Below are positions 19,384 through 28,660 of a stretch of 64,000 nucleotides of DNA, one piece after another; position 1 is the first letter of the stretch, and each line of letters opens with the position of its first letter. The notes below the pieces were generated by a model. The model was not told where the DNA came from and did not search any database. It saw nothing but the letters and a program-made list of their open reading frames with translations. The translations under genes and the position numbers were made by a program. The DNA is from a virus: positions 17,645-81,644 of the IMG/VR virus record IMGVR_UViG_3300020596_000020. The stretch is one strand, 5' to 3'.

Positions 19384-19660
19384 TTTCCAGTTGTTGATCG
19401 GAGACGTTGACCGTCTGCCCGGTGGGGTCGAGGAGGATCACGGAGTCAGGCCCCACAGCCTTGACAGTGTAGAGGCGGCCGTACGGCTTGTCTCGGACCT
19501 TCAATCCGGGGGTGATGATCTTCTTCTCAGTGCCGCCGACGTTCATGTTGACGTCAATGTTCTCAGTGAGCGAAGGCATCTCAACGCGCAAGGCGTCGAG
19601 TTGCTTCGCTCGCTCCTCTCGAAGGAGCTTGAGAATCACGTCAGAATCAAGCTTGTTCAT
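19364..19660 (-). CDS. hypothetical protein
   Basis: Start MNKLDS at 19660; LKLLREE; TATCTA upstream. Confidence 0.65.
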   Translation of the reverse strand: MNKLDSDVILKLLREERAKQLDALRVEMPSLTENIDVNMNVGGTEKKIITPGLKVRDKPYGRLYTVKAVGPDSVILLDPTGQTVNVSDQQLESGFDLD

Positions 19661-19839
19661 GCTACACGATAGATACGAAGTCTTCGTCAGAAGGGATAAA
19701 ACCAGAACAGGTGGAATCATTCCATCTGTTCAAGCTGCGGGATTCTATGTGCCCATTTCGGGTTATAGCGTGCCCGACAGCTGAATTTTGATATAGTGGA
19801 ACTTGTCCGCGTGACCGCCCCAATCGATGACAAATGTGT

Positions 19840-20430
19840 TCATAAATTTCCGGTCCCCAGGTCGGCGTACTTCACAACCTCGATGCCTGAAGCACACAGA
19901 ATCACAAGACCTTCATTGTTTCTGTAACTTTCGAGGTACACGACGCGACTAACTCCTCGATTGACGAGGATCTTCGCGCACATCTTGCAGGGCTGAGTCG
20001 TCACGAAACAGACCGAGTCATGCAGGTCGTCTCGAGACTTTGTGAGCGCGTTTACCTCGGCATGAATGCACCCGCAGTTGCCAGGTTCGCAGCTATCGCA
20101 ACCGTTTGGGCCGCCAGCGTAGCTGCCGTTGTAACCGGAACAAAGCACGCGCATCATATTTATGTCGGTAAAGACAGCTCCAACCTGGAGACGGTCGCAG
20201 GTAGCCTGCTTCGCCATCTCACCAGCATGGATCATATATATCTGTTCTTTTCGTGGTCGGTAGCTGACAGCGTTAACGTTTGGCTTGACGTACGCGACAA
20301 GCTTCTCGGGCACAATGATCAGTTTTTTCGCAGGCAACCCCGTAGCCGCCTCAAGTGCTGCATCGATCGCTTGACGCACCTCGGGTTCAAGGTCGCACGA
20401 ATTACTCTTGAAGGAGTTTTTCTCGGTCAC
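19840..20430 (-). CDS. dCMP deaminase
   Basis: TCDRLQVGA, GYNG, HAEVNAL, PCKMCAK. Confidence 0.92.
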   Translation of the reverse strand: MTEKNSFKSNSCDLEPEVRQAIDAALEAATGLPAKKLIIVPEKLVAYVKPNVNAVSYRPRKEQIYMIHAGEMAKQATCDRLQVGAVFTDINMMRVLCSGYNGSYAGGPNGCDSCEPGNCGCIHAEVNALTKSRDDLHDSVCFVTTQPCKMCAKILVNRGVSRVVYLESYRNNEGLVILCASGIEVVKYADLGTGNL

Positions 20431-20549
20431 GTTGTCACCGTCCCATCACATTAAACATGACGTACATGTATTCTATTAGCAATCTGCACTGGACTGTTAC
20501 TCTTCCGTTCGACGTGAACTCAGCAACGTCAACTTCGAATTGTTAGACT

Positions 20550-21110
20550 TCATACATCCTCGAGACACGGGTGGTGCGCGCGACAACGAGGCTCGTAACT
20601 CTCCTTTCCACCAATGACGATGTCACCCACGACGTCGTCAATCTTGCGATAAGTGTAGAAGGCGTCGCGACCGCATACCGAGCACGCACTGGGGCACTTA
20701 ACCACCTTTGTGGCCCATGGCAGGATCCTGGAGACCTCGTCGAACGGCTTGCAGGCGTACGACAAGTCTAGAGTCGCAACGACCACGTCAACACCGCGAT
20801 TGTAGAACCAAACCAGCGTGTCGGCCACGTTATCAAGCATGAAGAGTTCGTCGACGACGATGAGACTGTTGTTGAAGTCCTTCGCGTTGTCAAGCATGTA
20901 CGTCTCGATATCACGGCCGGACTTGACACATACGGCCGGGATGGACCAACCCATGTGCGTCACGATGTTCTCGGATGAGTAGCGGTTGTCGACCGTCGGT
21001 TTGAAGGCGTGAACCTCACGACCGGCGTGACGATGCTTTTCGACCTCAAGCAGCATCCTACTTGTCTTGCCGCCCCACATCGGTCCGCAATAAACGGTCA
21101 AATTGTTCAT
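20550..21110 (-). CDS. tdk: thymidine kinase
   Basis: GPMWGGKT, FKPTVDNRY, VDELF, CSVCG, IGGKESYEPRCRAH. Confidence 0.95.
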   Translation of the reverse strand: MNNLTVYCGPMWGGKTSRMLLEVEKHRHAGREVHAFKPTVDNRYSSENIVTHMGWSIPAVCVKSGRDIETYMLDNAKDFNNSLIVVDELFMLDNVADTLVWFYNRGVDVVVATLDLSYACKPFDEVSRILPWATKVVKCPSACSVCGRDAFYTYRKIDDVVGDIVIGGKESYEPRCRAHHPCLEDV

Positions 21111-21340
21111 TCCACTTTCGATCTTAGCCGCTCAGCGATGTTTATCGCGTAGGCAGCCATGTAGCCGTTGGTGTACTCAAAGCCGTCGGCTTTTTCAAGC
21201 TGTTTCATGATGAGCTCGATGTCGCCGCCGACCACGTGATCACGTAACAACAGATATAGGAAAGCAACGAGCTTGTCGTCGCTCACCACATTGTCGGACC
21301 GGTTCTTGAGCCCCGCGTTCACTTCGTCACCAATCGACAA
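21107..21340 (-). CDS. hypothetical protein
   Basis: 77-aa coupled ORF. Confidence 0.6.
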   Translation of the reverse strand: MSIGDEVNAGLKNRSDNVVSDDKLVAFLYLLLRDHVVGGDIELIMKQLEKADGFEYTNGYMAAYAINIAERLRSKVE

Positions 21341-22122
21341 CGATCAGGCAGGCTCCGCACGCTCTTCGCGCCGGCTGAACAGCACAACTCGAGCAGATTC
21401 TCGCGCATAGCGTCCGCGATGGACTTGACGATGAAGTCGAGATCTTCATCTGCGGCGAACGGGCCGCCAAAGTGGACGAGCGCCGCGTCAGCCCCAGCGA
21501 CAAGCGCCTTGCAGACGTCGGTCGTGCTGCTCGCCGTCGAGATGACAGGCACGTCGATCGCACGTGAGATCGACTCGATGAGTGTGATGCGTGGAACTGA
21601 GATCCCGATCGACTCGAGCCGAATGGTGGTCGCTGCCTGCGTCGGCCCAACGAGGATGGCGGCAGCCACCTGTAGTTCGTTCGCGAGCGCGAGCGCGTGA
21701 CGCGTTGACAGCGAGCAGCCAATCACCAGCGCCTGCGCGTCGTCGGTGAGTGTGCGGATGTCGGCCATGCTGTCGGCGCGAAGCGGGTCGAAACGCTCGA
21801 ACAGCTTGTAACCGAGCATTTCGACCTTGACGTTCTTATCGTTCGTGACCAGCTCATCCTCGGTCGACGACATGTTCGCGAGCGGGATCTGCGAGGCAGG
21901 CGCGCCGGCGGTAATGAGACCGTACTTGCGACAGACTTCCTCCATCTTTGAGATGCCTTCCGGGTCGTCGTAGTAAACGATCAATGGAAGCGTCGAGTGA
22001 AGCGTCCCCAATATGAAAGAGAGATCTGGATCGGTGACCTCTTGCTCGTACGAAACGTACTTCTCGTCGATGAAGACATTCACATCTTCGTAGTCGTACT
22101 TGTTGTTTTCGCGGTGATTCAT
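21319..22122 (-). CDS. IMP dehydrogenase/GMP reductase-like protein, catalytic Cys absent
   Basis: YDYEDV, GISVPRITLI, VPVI, DVCKALVAGADAAL, GAKSVRSL match the IMPDH/GMPR pattern; the GSICTT loop is replaced by PTQAATT. Confidence 0.65.
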   Translation of the reverse strand: MNHRENNKYDYEDVNVFIDEKYVSYEQEVTDPDLSFILGTLHSTLPLIVYYDDPEGISKMEEVCRKYGLITAGAPASQIPLANMSSTEDELVTNDKNVKVEMLGYKLFERFDPLRADSMADIRTLTDDAQALVIGCSLSTRHALALANELQVAAAILVGPTQAATTIRLESIGISVPRITLIESISRAIDVPVISTASSTTDVCKALVAGADAALVHFGGPFAADEDLDFIVKSIADAMRENLLELCCSAGAKSVRSLPDRCRLVTK

Positions 22123-22363
22123 TCTTTCCCTCTGTCTTTCGTGATGCAAGAACACTTCACGTACCCAAGGCCTTGTTCAAAGGTTCCGAGTGATGTTACG
22201 GCGTCGACACATTGCGTCTCGCAGGCGTCGAAGTTGACACGCTTGTTGGCTTCGTAACCGGTGTCGCAGCTAGCGAACACGAGAAACAACATAAACAGTA
22301 TCACCATACCCATGAGAACGATGAAGACCGTGCCAAGGATCCGTTGCACGCTCTCCCAAAACT

Positions 22364-23365
22364 TCATCGCGTCAACTCCTTGAAGCACGCAATGGACAGG
22401 CCTTCGCGGAACCATGTTTCAAGATCTGTCATTCCCAACTTCTTGGCACGATGAGCGAGCAGAATGTGCACCCAGTCTGTCCACAACACATCACTGAGCA
22501 TGCGCGCCGCGCTGCCGATCTTCACGAGCTCGTCAGAGGTAGTCGCCGCTCGACCTTGCGCCTCGAAGATCATCATTTCCTCGATCGGGGGAGGGCCAGG
22601 CAATCGAGGCATTGCGTGACGCATCTGTGTCTTGCCGCTCGCGTTGGACAGGATGTCCTCACACATCTTGTAATGACGATCGTACACATGCATTGAATTG
22701 CTGGTATGATAGTAGAAGCCGAGCTCGAGACCAAGCTCCATCGCCATCATCTCCTGCATAAAGGTAAAGGCGGGGACGTCGAGCGCCGTGCCAAGGATGA
22801 GGTCGTTTGAGCGCATCTGAACGATGAGATGCAGCTTCTCATCACGGATGAAAAATTGCAAATTGAGCGTGCATGGCATGTCCTTCACAGCCAACATACT
22901 ATCCTGCGGCTGACGGATATGAATAACGCCGCGACGCGAGTCACGATCGCGAGTGAGCTCGTCCTTGACGTATTGCCACTGGTTCCAGCTGATGAGCGTG
23001 TCTGCCGAAGTCCACGCGTCATGATACTCATGCTGCTTGAAGATGCGCGCACCGTACGCCGAGTTGGCGGTCTTGCCATCGTCGCTAATCGCCTCCCAAA
23101 ACTTGCTATACGTCGAAATCCAAGCAGTTTCGTTGTTGCCCGAGATGTACCACAGGATCTCAGCCATAACGTAATCGAGCGGGAAGTTCCGCTCAGGCAC
23201 GTAGAGTAGTCTGTCACGCGGGTTCGTAATGACGAACGAGGTAAAGAGATTCTCGCGGATCTTCATGCCGCGAGGCGCCGTCTCATAGTCGTACCCCTCG
23301 TACGTCCCCTGAACTAGAGCGTAGTAGGCGTCGGTGAAACTCTCAAAAACCATCATCTGTTGCAT
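22364..23365 (-). CDS. thymidylate-synthase-family enzyme, probable dCMP hydroxymethylase/methylase
   Basis: AEILWY, RDSRR, DMPCTL (catalytic Cys), RSNDLILGTALD (Asp at the E. coli Asn177 position), HVYDRH. Confidence 0.8.
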   Translation of the reverse strand: MQQMMVFESFTDAYYALVQGTYEGYDYETAPRGMKIRENLFTSFVITNPRDRLLYVPERNFPLDYVMAEILWYISGNNETAWISTYSKFWEAISDDGKTANSAYGARIFKQHEYHDAWTSADTLISWNQWQYVKDELTRDRDSRRGVIHIRQPQDSMLAVKDMPCTLNLQFFIRDEKLHLIVQMRSNDLILGTALDVPAFTFMQEMMAMELGLELGFYYHTSNSMHVYDRHYKMCEDILSNASGKTQMRHAMPRLPGPPPIEEMMIFEAQGRAATTSDELVKIGSAARMLSDVLWTDWVHILLAHRAKKLGMTDLETWFREGLSIACFKELTR

Positions 23366-23523
23366 GTTCGTGGTGACCTTAGTAGTCTTGAGGGCCAGAG
23401 CGTTGACTTAATGTCAGCAGCTCTTCTCACACAGCTCGTCAAGCAGCGCGCGTGTCGCTCTCATCGAGCTCGGCGGTCTCTGCTACATTCTCTTCATAAT
23501 CCGCTTCCATCTGATAAACTTTA

Positions 23524-23892
23524 TCAAAGAACTTCGTCAACCTTGGCGTCAATGTTCGACAGATCACTCGAACACACCGTCGAGTTCTCGATGTAGTCTG
23601 AAGGGTTCGACTTCGTGGTTCTCATGATGCGCTCGCCTCCGAACGCTATTTCTTCAAGTTGTTCTTGTGTCATCGGAATGATGATGTCGCCAACAGCAAC
23701 GTAAGGGGTTTTACAAGCGTCGAGGTTCGCGAGCATCATTGCGAGGATCGTTGATCGGAGCAGATCGACGGAATCGCAACGATTGATACTGTTGGTGTCA
23801 TGCAGCCACGTGTACAACTCTAAGAGTCCTTTAGAGCTGAGCTGCAATTGAAGTTGATGAAACTTCTGAGTCTTGTCAGGACAATTGATCAT
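23524..23892 (-). CDS. hypothetical protein
   Basis: 122 aa; TAAGAT 6 nt upstream of ATG. Confidence 0.6.
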   Translation of the reverse strand: MINCPDKTQKFHQLQLQLSSKGLLELYTWLHDTNSINRCDSVDLLRSTILAMMLANLDACKTPYVAVGDIIIPMTQEQLEEIAFGGERIMRTTKSNPSDYIENSTVCSSDLSNIDAKVDEVL

Positions 23893-23909
23893 GCGTCAAT
23901 CTTAGATCT

Positions 23910-24119
23910 CTACGTGTCGATCAGTAACTCCCAACCGTCGATGCAACCGACTGTGAGAGGACACCTGAAGTACAGACCCTTGTTCAGGTCGAACCACTCC
24001 CAATTCTGGCAGTAATCCTTCCCCAGATGCAAGGACTTCCCCAGATGCAATTTCTTGATGAGATACACGAGGTCGTCGTGATACCACGACCAAACCTGAC
24101 CTGCTTTGGGAGGAGTCAT
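23910..24119 (-). CDS. small hypothetical protein (GxxW family) with internal duplication
   Basis: KAGQVW...GWELL; the 15-nt string cttccccagatgcaa is repeated at 24018-24032 and 24036-24050. Confidence 0.55.
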   Translation of the reverse strand: MTPPKAGQVWSWYHDDLVYLIKKLHLGKSLHLGKDYCQNWEWFDLNKGLYFRCPLTVGCIDGWELLIDT

Positions 24120-24334
24120 GCGACCTTCTTCCAGTAAACAGCGATGGACACACCACGATGGAACAGATCGTCCCTCTGAATGGTGAGATGACCCCTCTGA
24201 AGGGAAAACCTCTCGGATGTGATCTCGAAGTACTCATAGATCGAGTGTCCAGGTATGAGCGAGCGTTGAAGACTGACTATCCAAAAGAGGCGATCTTCGG
24301 CTTCCCACAGGTCACCAATCTTCACAATGTTCAA
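24116..24334 (-). CDS. small hypothetical protein (GxxW family)
   Basis: KIGDLW...YWKKVA. Confidence 0.55.
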   Translation of the reverse strand: MNIVKIGDLWEAEDRLFWIVSLQRSLIPGHSIYEYFEITSERFSLQRGHLTIQRDDLFHRGVSIAVYWKKVA

Positions 24335-25266
24335 AACAACGGCGACTCGAGTGCCCAGAGACGTGTCTCCTCAAGCCCAGGCCAGAAGTCGGTAAGCGGC
24401 TTGTAGCCGAGCACTCTCTGACAGGCCGAGATGTCCGCCTGGGTCGCACGCACGTCGCCGGCGCGCCAGTCGGCATGCTTGACACGTGACTGGATCTCAG
24501 GGTGTTTGGAGGCGAAGTGCTTGAGAATCTGCTTATTACTGACGCTCCCACCGGTGCCAGCGTTGAAGGCTTCGCCACGAAGACGACCTTGGTGAGCGGC
24601 CACTCGCACGAAGATGTCCACGACGTTGTCCACATGCGTCATGTCACGTGTCTGTGAGCCGTCTCCGTCGCTTCGAAGCTCTCCGTCATGCTTGATTGCG
24701 TGCAGCCATGACGAGACGACCGTCCCGTACGCGCCATTAGCAAGCTGACGCGGGCCGAAAACATTAAAGGGACGAACGCACGCAGTGTCCATGTCGTACA
24801 GATCCGCGAACATGACACAGTAGTCCTCGCCGATCATCTTCTGAAGAGCGTAGGGCGACTTCGGGTCGCGAGGCGCGCTCTCCTTAGTAGGAAGCTGCTG
24901 CGCGCCGCCGTAGACTGAGCTAGACGACGTGAAGACGAACCTTCCGACCACACCGCGGCACGCTTCCAATAGTTTCACGGTGTTGCCGACGTTCTCGTCG
25001 TTCGTCTCAGCCGGGTGCTCCACCGAGTAGGACACACGAGGACGTGCTGCGAGGTGGAACACGGTGTCAAACTGTGACTGCTTGATGAAGCGAAGCACGC
25101 TCGGATCGGCGTAGTTGCTGTACAGCGGGACCGCTCCAGTCGGAACGAACTCGACGCGACCGTTCGAAAGATCATCGACCACCACAACCTGGTGGCCCTC
25201 TTTGACGAGGCGTTCAGCGAGGTGAGAACCGATGAAGCCCGCGCCGCCCGTTACCAAAGTTTTCAT
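24331..25266 (-). CDS. NAD-dependent UDP-sugar 4-epimerase (WbpP/TviC-like SDR)
   Basis: TGGAGFIG, FHLAA, SSSSVYG, SPYALQK (YxxxK), FNVFGPRQ, RAGDV. Confidence 0.9.
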   Translation of the reverse strand: MKTLVTGGAGFIGSHLAERLVKEGHQVVVVDDLSNGRVEFVPTGAVPLYSNYADPSVLRFIKQSQFDTVFHLAARPRVSYSVEHPAETNDENVGNTVKLLEACRGVVGRFVFTSSSSVYGGAQQLPTKESAPRDPKSPYALQKMIGEDYCVMFADLYDMDTACVRPFNVFGPRQLANGAYGTVVSSWLHAIKHDGELRSDGDGSQTRDMTHVDNVVDIFVRVAAHQGRLRGEAFNAGTGGSVSNKQILKHFASKHPEIQSRVKHADWRAGDVRATQADISACQRVLGYKPLTDFWPGLEETRLWALESPLF

Positions 25267-25280
25267 GTTACCACCTTACG

Positions 25281-25493
25281 TCACTCCAGCGGCACCGTGA
25301 AGTTGAAGAAATCGTCGTGACACAAAGTATATCTGAGCCCGGTCTCAGGGCAGAAGATCTTCGCGTACAACCAGTTGCAGTACATCACAAGTAAGGTGCC
25401 GTCGTCAAGCCAGATCTTGCTGTACTCTTCCTCACACCATGCGTCAACACCGCCTCCGCAGACGACGTATGCCGTGCCAAGTTCGTTTCTCAC
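25281..25493 (-). CDS. small hypothetical protein
   Basis: 70-aa coupled ORF. Confidence 0.5.
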   Translation of the reverse strand: MRNELGTAYVVCGGGVDAWCEEEYSKIWLDDGTLLVMYCNWLYAKIFCPETGLRYTLCHDDFFNFTVPLE

Positions 25494-25690
25494 GGCTCGT
25501 ATCGAGTCAAGTAGATCGATCCAGTGGTCGGCATCGTCAACCCGCCCTCATCGTTGTCCCACGTGTACGTCATCATATTGCCGTGAACGAGGTTGAGCAG
25601 CTCCCACATGCAAGGAACGGCGTCATTTTTCCTTGTTCCGACGACGAGATACAGCGAACGGCCGTAGTGGTGCCAGAGTGTACCGATCAT
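25490..25690 (-). CDS. small hypothetical protein (GxxW family)
   Basis: MIGTLWHHYGRSLYLVV; start overlaps the helicase stop. Confidence 0.5.
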   Translation of the reverse strand: MIGTLWHHYGRSLYLVVGTRKNDAVPCMWELLNLVHGNMMTYTWDNDEGGLTMPTTGSIYLTRYEP

Positions 25691-27348
25691 ACCATCGCGT
25701 CCAAAATGTACTGAGGAAGGATGTGCTTGTTCTTGCGTAGGAACGCTTCGAAGCAACCGTCAAGCACATATGTCACTGCCCAATCTTTTTCGTTGCGTAC
25801 GCTACGACCAACAGCTTGAACGAAAGATCTCGTTGTCAAATAGTCGTAGTACCAAGGATCACGATCACAGCGTTTCTTTAAGCTTTTGTCACCCAAATTT
25901 GGATAGGGAAGTTTCGCGACGATCTGAAATCTGGATAGATCATCATCAAGCGAGATTCCCTCGGTCATGGAGGGGGAGACAAGGACTGTTGGTTCAGGAC
26001 TGTCGTGATGGCGACGTAGCACCGCATCGCGGTCCTCGCTCCCATGTACAAGAAGGCGGGGATCACGAAGACTGTCACGTAGATGATGAGCAACCCTAAA
26101 ATTCGTTGTGTGGATGATGCCCTTTTGATCACTGTGAGCCTCTAGCAAGGCCTTCACGGCTTGCACTAGTCGAGGGAGCGTGTCGTCGACGTCACGCATC
26201 GACATCTTGCCAACGGGCATGTAATGAATGGCGCGGTTTTCGACGGGAAACGTGGATGGTAGCGCGATGTACTCGGTCTTATCGAGGTCGAGGCCGAGCG
26301 AACGACAGAACGACGTCTTGTCGAGGATGGTGGCGCTCATGAGCAGTCGTTTCTCGCCGAACCTCAACAGATACGGCTCCGCCCAGACTGATGCGTCAAT
26401 GGGCTTGAACTGCAGCGTCATACGGTCGCCTCGATGATCCTTGCGAATCTCGCGGTTGATGATCCATTCCTCAGGTTTGAACCGATCGATGAAGCGGTTG
26501 ACCTTGCAGATGTGCTTGTCGAACAGATCGTTTTGTTTGATGAGCTGCTGGAACATCTCGTCGCCGCCGACGCCGCGATTGTCAGCGAACATTCCAAGCG
26601 CGCTTTTCACTTGGTCAAACATCTGGGCAAGCGCCGGCCGATACGTCTCCTTGATCCAGCGATAGAGGTACTCGGGATCCTCACCTTTTGCCATCGTCAT
26701 GCCGAGATGCTTCTTGCAGAAGCGGTCCGTGACCTCGACCTCGACGAACTTGCAAACCTCGGACTCGATGTTATGAGCTTCGTCACCAACGAGTAAGTCT
26801 CGCGGCTCGAGTTTGCCAGCATAGGTTGTCTCGGCCATGAAGTACGAGTAGTTCGTGATGCCGAGGTGACCTTGAATGAACGAACGCTTCGCAATGTTGT
26901 ATGAACAGTTCGATGAACAATGTTTCTTCCAATTTGTGCCGTCAGCTGACTTTCCGAGAGCTGTCAGGGCTCGTTTGGATTCACCACAACTCTGTCGCTC
27001 GTCGTAGCCGCATTGGTAGTTCGTCGCGCTCTTCAACTCGAGCATCCCACCTCGACGCTTCTCCTCGAAGTCACGCAAGTACTGCTGCTGCAGGATCTTC
27101 TGCGTCGTGAGGAAGTACGCCCCGATGTTGTACTCGTCCTCTGAATTTTGGCTGCGGATCTGGCTGTTCAGGTATCGTGCGACTGTCATACCGATAGCGG
27201 ACTTGCCGACACCAGTCGGAGCGTCAACACAAACAGTGTTCTTCCCCTTCGCGAAGGCCTCGAGGATCGTGTCGATAGCCTTGATCTGGCCTTCACGAGG
27301 CTCGGAGTCGAGAGGGAAGTACTCACGCCAGTTCGTCATCAGTAGCAA
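25687..27348 (-). CDS. DinG/Rad3-like SF2 helicase
   Basis: Q-motif PREGQ, APTGVGKS, Cys cluster, DEAH, MSAT, EGISL, QAVGRSVR. Confidence 0.9.
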   Translation of the reverse strand: MLLMTNWREYFPLDSEPREGQIKAIDTILEAFAKGKNTVCVDAPTGVGKSAIGMTVARYLNSQIRSQNSEDEYNIGAYFLTTQKILQQQYLRDFEEKRRGGMLELKSATNYQCGYDERQSCGESKRALTALGKSADGTNWKKHCSSNCSYNIAKRSFIQGHLGITNYSYFMAETTYAGKLEPRDLLVGDEAHNIESEVCKFVEVEVTDRFCKKHLGMTMAKGEDPEYLYRWIKETYRPALAQMFDQVKSALGMFADNRGVGGDEMFQQLIKQNDLFDKHICKVNRFIDRFKPEEWIINREIRKDHRGDRMTLQFKPIDASVWAEPYLLRFGEKRLLMSATILDKTSFCRSLGLDLDKTEYIALPSTFPVENRAIHYMPVGKMSMRDVDDTLPRLVQAVKALLEAHSDQKGIIHTTNFRVAHHLRDSLRDPRLLVHGSEDRDAVLRRHHDSPEPTVLVSPSMTEGISLDDDLSRFQIVAKLPYPNLGDKSLKKRCDRDPWYYDYLTTRSFVQAVGRSVRNEKDWAVTYVLDGCFEAFLRKNKHILPQYILDAMV

Positions 27349-27674
27349 CCTTTCCAGACATAGTCAACGATACCCTTCCAGGCGAGTTCGTCGATGAGCA
27401 ATGGGATCGACTGCGTGTCCCAGTTCTCAACCCCGCAGTAACGTGCGAGACGACGAACGGCGTCTTCAGGCGCCGTTCGAAGTTGAGTCTCGCGTAGTCC
27501 TATCCGTTTCAAGCCTTCTCCCACTCCTCCTCGATCATTGCGATGGTAGCATTCATCTCGAGACCACGACTCTTAGAGATCTTACAAAACAAGCGAACGA
27601 AAACCCGAATCTTCATATCATTGAACAGTTTCATTGCTTCATCGTAACGCTCTATCTACCCAAAGACACTCTCT

Positions 27675-27965
27675 ATGAAATCAAATGATCAAGCTCTTCG
27701 AGTCATGATTCGCAACGTTCTGATCGAGTCAGAGTACACGAAGACCCCAGATGGTTCTTTCACGTTCTCGTTCCCTGTCCAGAACGACGAAGAGATCACG
27801 ATCACGGCCACATACAACCCTCGTCGACCGTTCGAGGTCGAGTGCTGACAGGCGATCGACACGTCCTCCGGCCTGGAGGTCGACATCGATGCCGTCGCTA
27901 TGCAACACGACCTTGACTCGAAGGCGATGGATTGGATCGGCGATAACCTCGACGAAGAGAGCTGA
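27675..27965 (+). pseudogene. LRxxIRxxLxE-motif gene interrupted by an in-frame TGA (27846-27848)
   Basis: MKSNDQALRVMIRNVLIESE...FEVEC*QAIDTSSGLEVDID...DEES*; the frame continues to a TGA 2 nt before the next gene. Confidence 0.6.
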
Positions 27966-27967
27966 GC

Positions 27968-28453
27968 ATGAACATCAAACTACTAAGAGAGTACGTCAAA
28001 CGCGTGCTTGCCGAATCTGTCTGTCCGGGCTGCGGGAACAAGGATGCGTACATTGGAATAAACGCCGTCGAGTGCCCGAACGCCTCGTGTAGCTTCTTCT
28101 CGAAGAGACAACAAGACGACATTCAGGCGGTCGGGGCCGATGACGAGGACGGCGATTACGAAGAGTGCGGCTGGTGTGATAACGACATCTCGGGGTGTGG
28201 TGGACATTGCGAGAAGTGCGGCGATGGCGACATCGACATGCTACAAGCGTTAGACGATGAAGCCAACAAAGCGTTAGACGATGAAGCCAACAAAGTGAGT
28301 TACGAGCACTGTGGAATGTGCGGCTTGAAAGCGGTCGACCCTGACACACAGAAGTGCACAAATTGCAGCAACGGACACTTCCCGGACTGTGCGGGGTGCG
28401 GTGGAGCGGTTGACAACCCAACGGCTTGTCAAAACTGCGGCCACCCTAGCTGA
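27968..28453 (+). CDS. multi-Zn-ribbon protein with N-terminal LRE motif
   Basis: MNIKLLREYVKRVLAES followed by many CxxC pairs. Confidence 0.75.
   Translation: MNIKLLREYVKRVLAESVCPGCGNKDAYIGINAVECPNASCSFFSKRQQDDIQAVGADDEDGDYEECGWCDNDISGCGGHCEKCGDGDIDMLQALDDEANKALDDEANKVSYEHCGMCGLKAVDPDTQKCTNCSNGHFPDCAGCGGAVDNPTACQNCGHPS
28245..28292. repeat. 24-bp tandem duplication (ALDDEANK x2)
   Basis: aagcgttagacgatgaagccaaca occurs twice in tandem. Confidence 0.9.
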
Positions 28454-28660
28454 TCACGGGCGAACGATCTCCCACCCGAAATTTTCCCACTCGCTCAGGT
28501 CCCAGTCAAACTTTGAGATGGACCCGGCCGGCCGACGATCGTCTCCCGCGTCCTCGATGACTAGCCCCCACTGGCCGTAGTCATCGATGATGACGAACGA
28601 CGCTCGTGTAAACGCGAACACGAGGTCGGTGTAGAGGATAACCGTGCCCTTGAGACTCAC
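28454..28660 (-). CDS. small hypothetical protein
   Basis: LKGTVILY...GWEIVRP; coupled to the dnaE-C stop. Confidence 0.5.
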   Translation of the reverse strand: MSLKGTVILYTDLVFAFTRASFVIIDDYGQWGLVIEDAGDDRRPAGSISKFDWDLSEWENFGWEIVRP

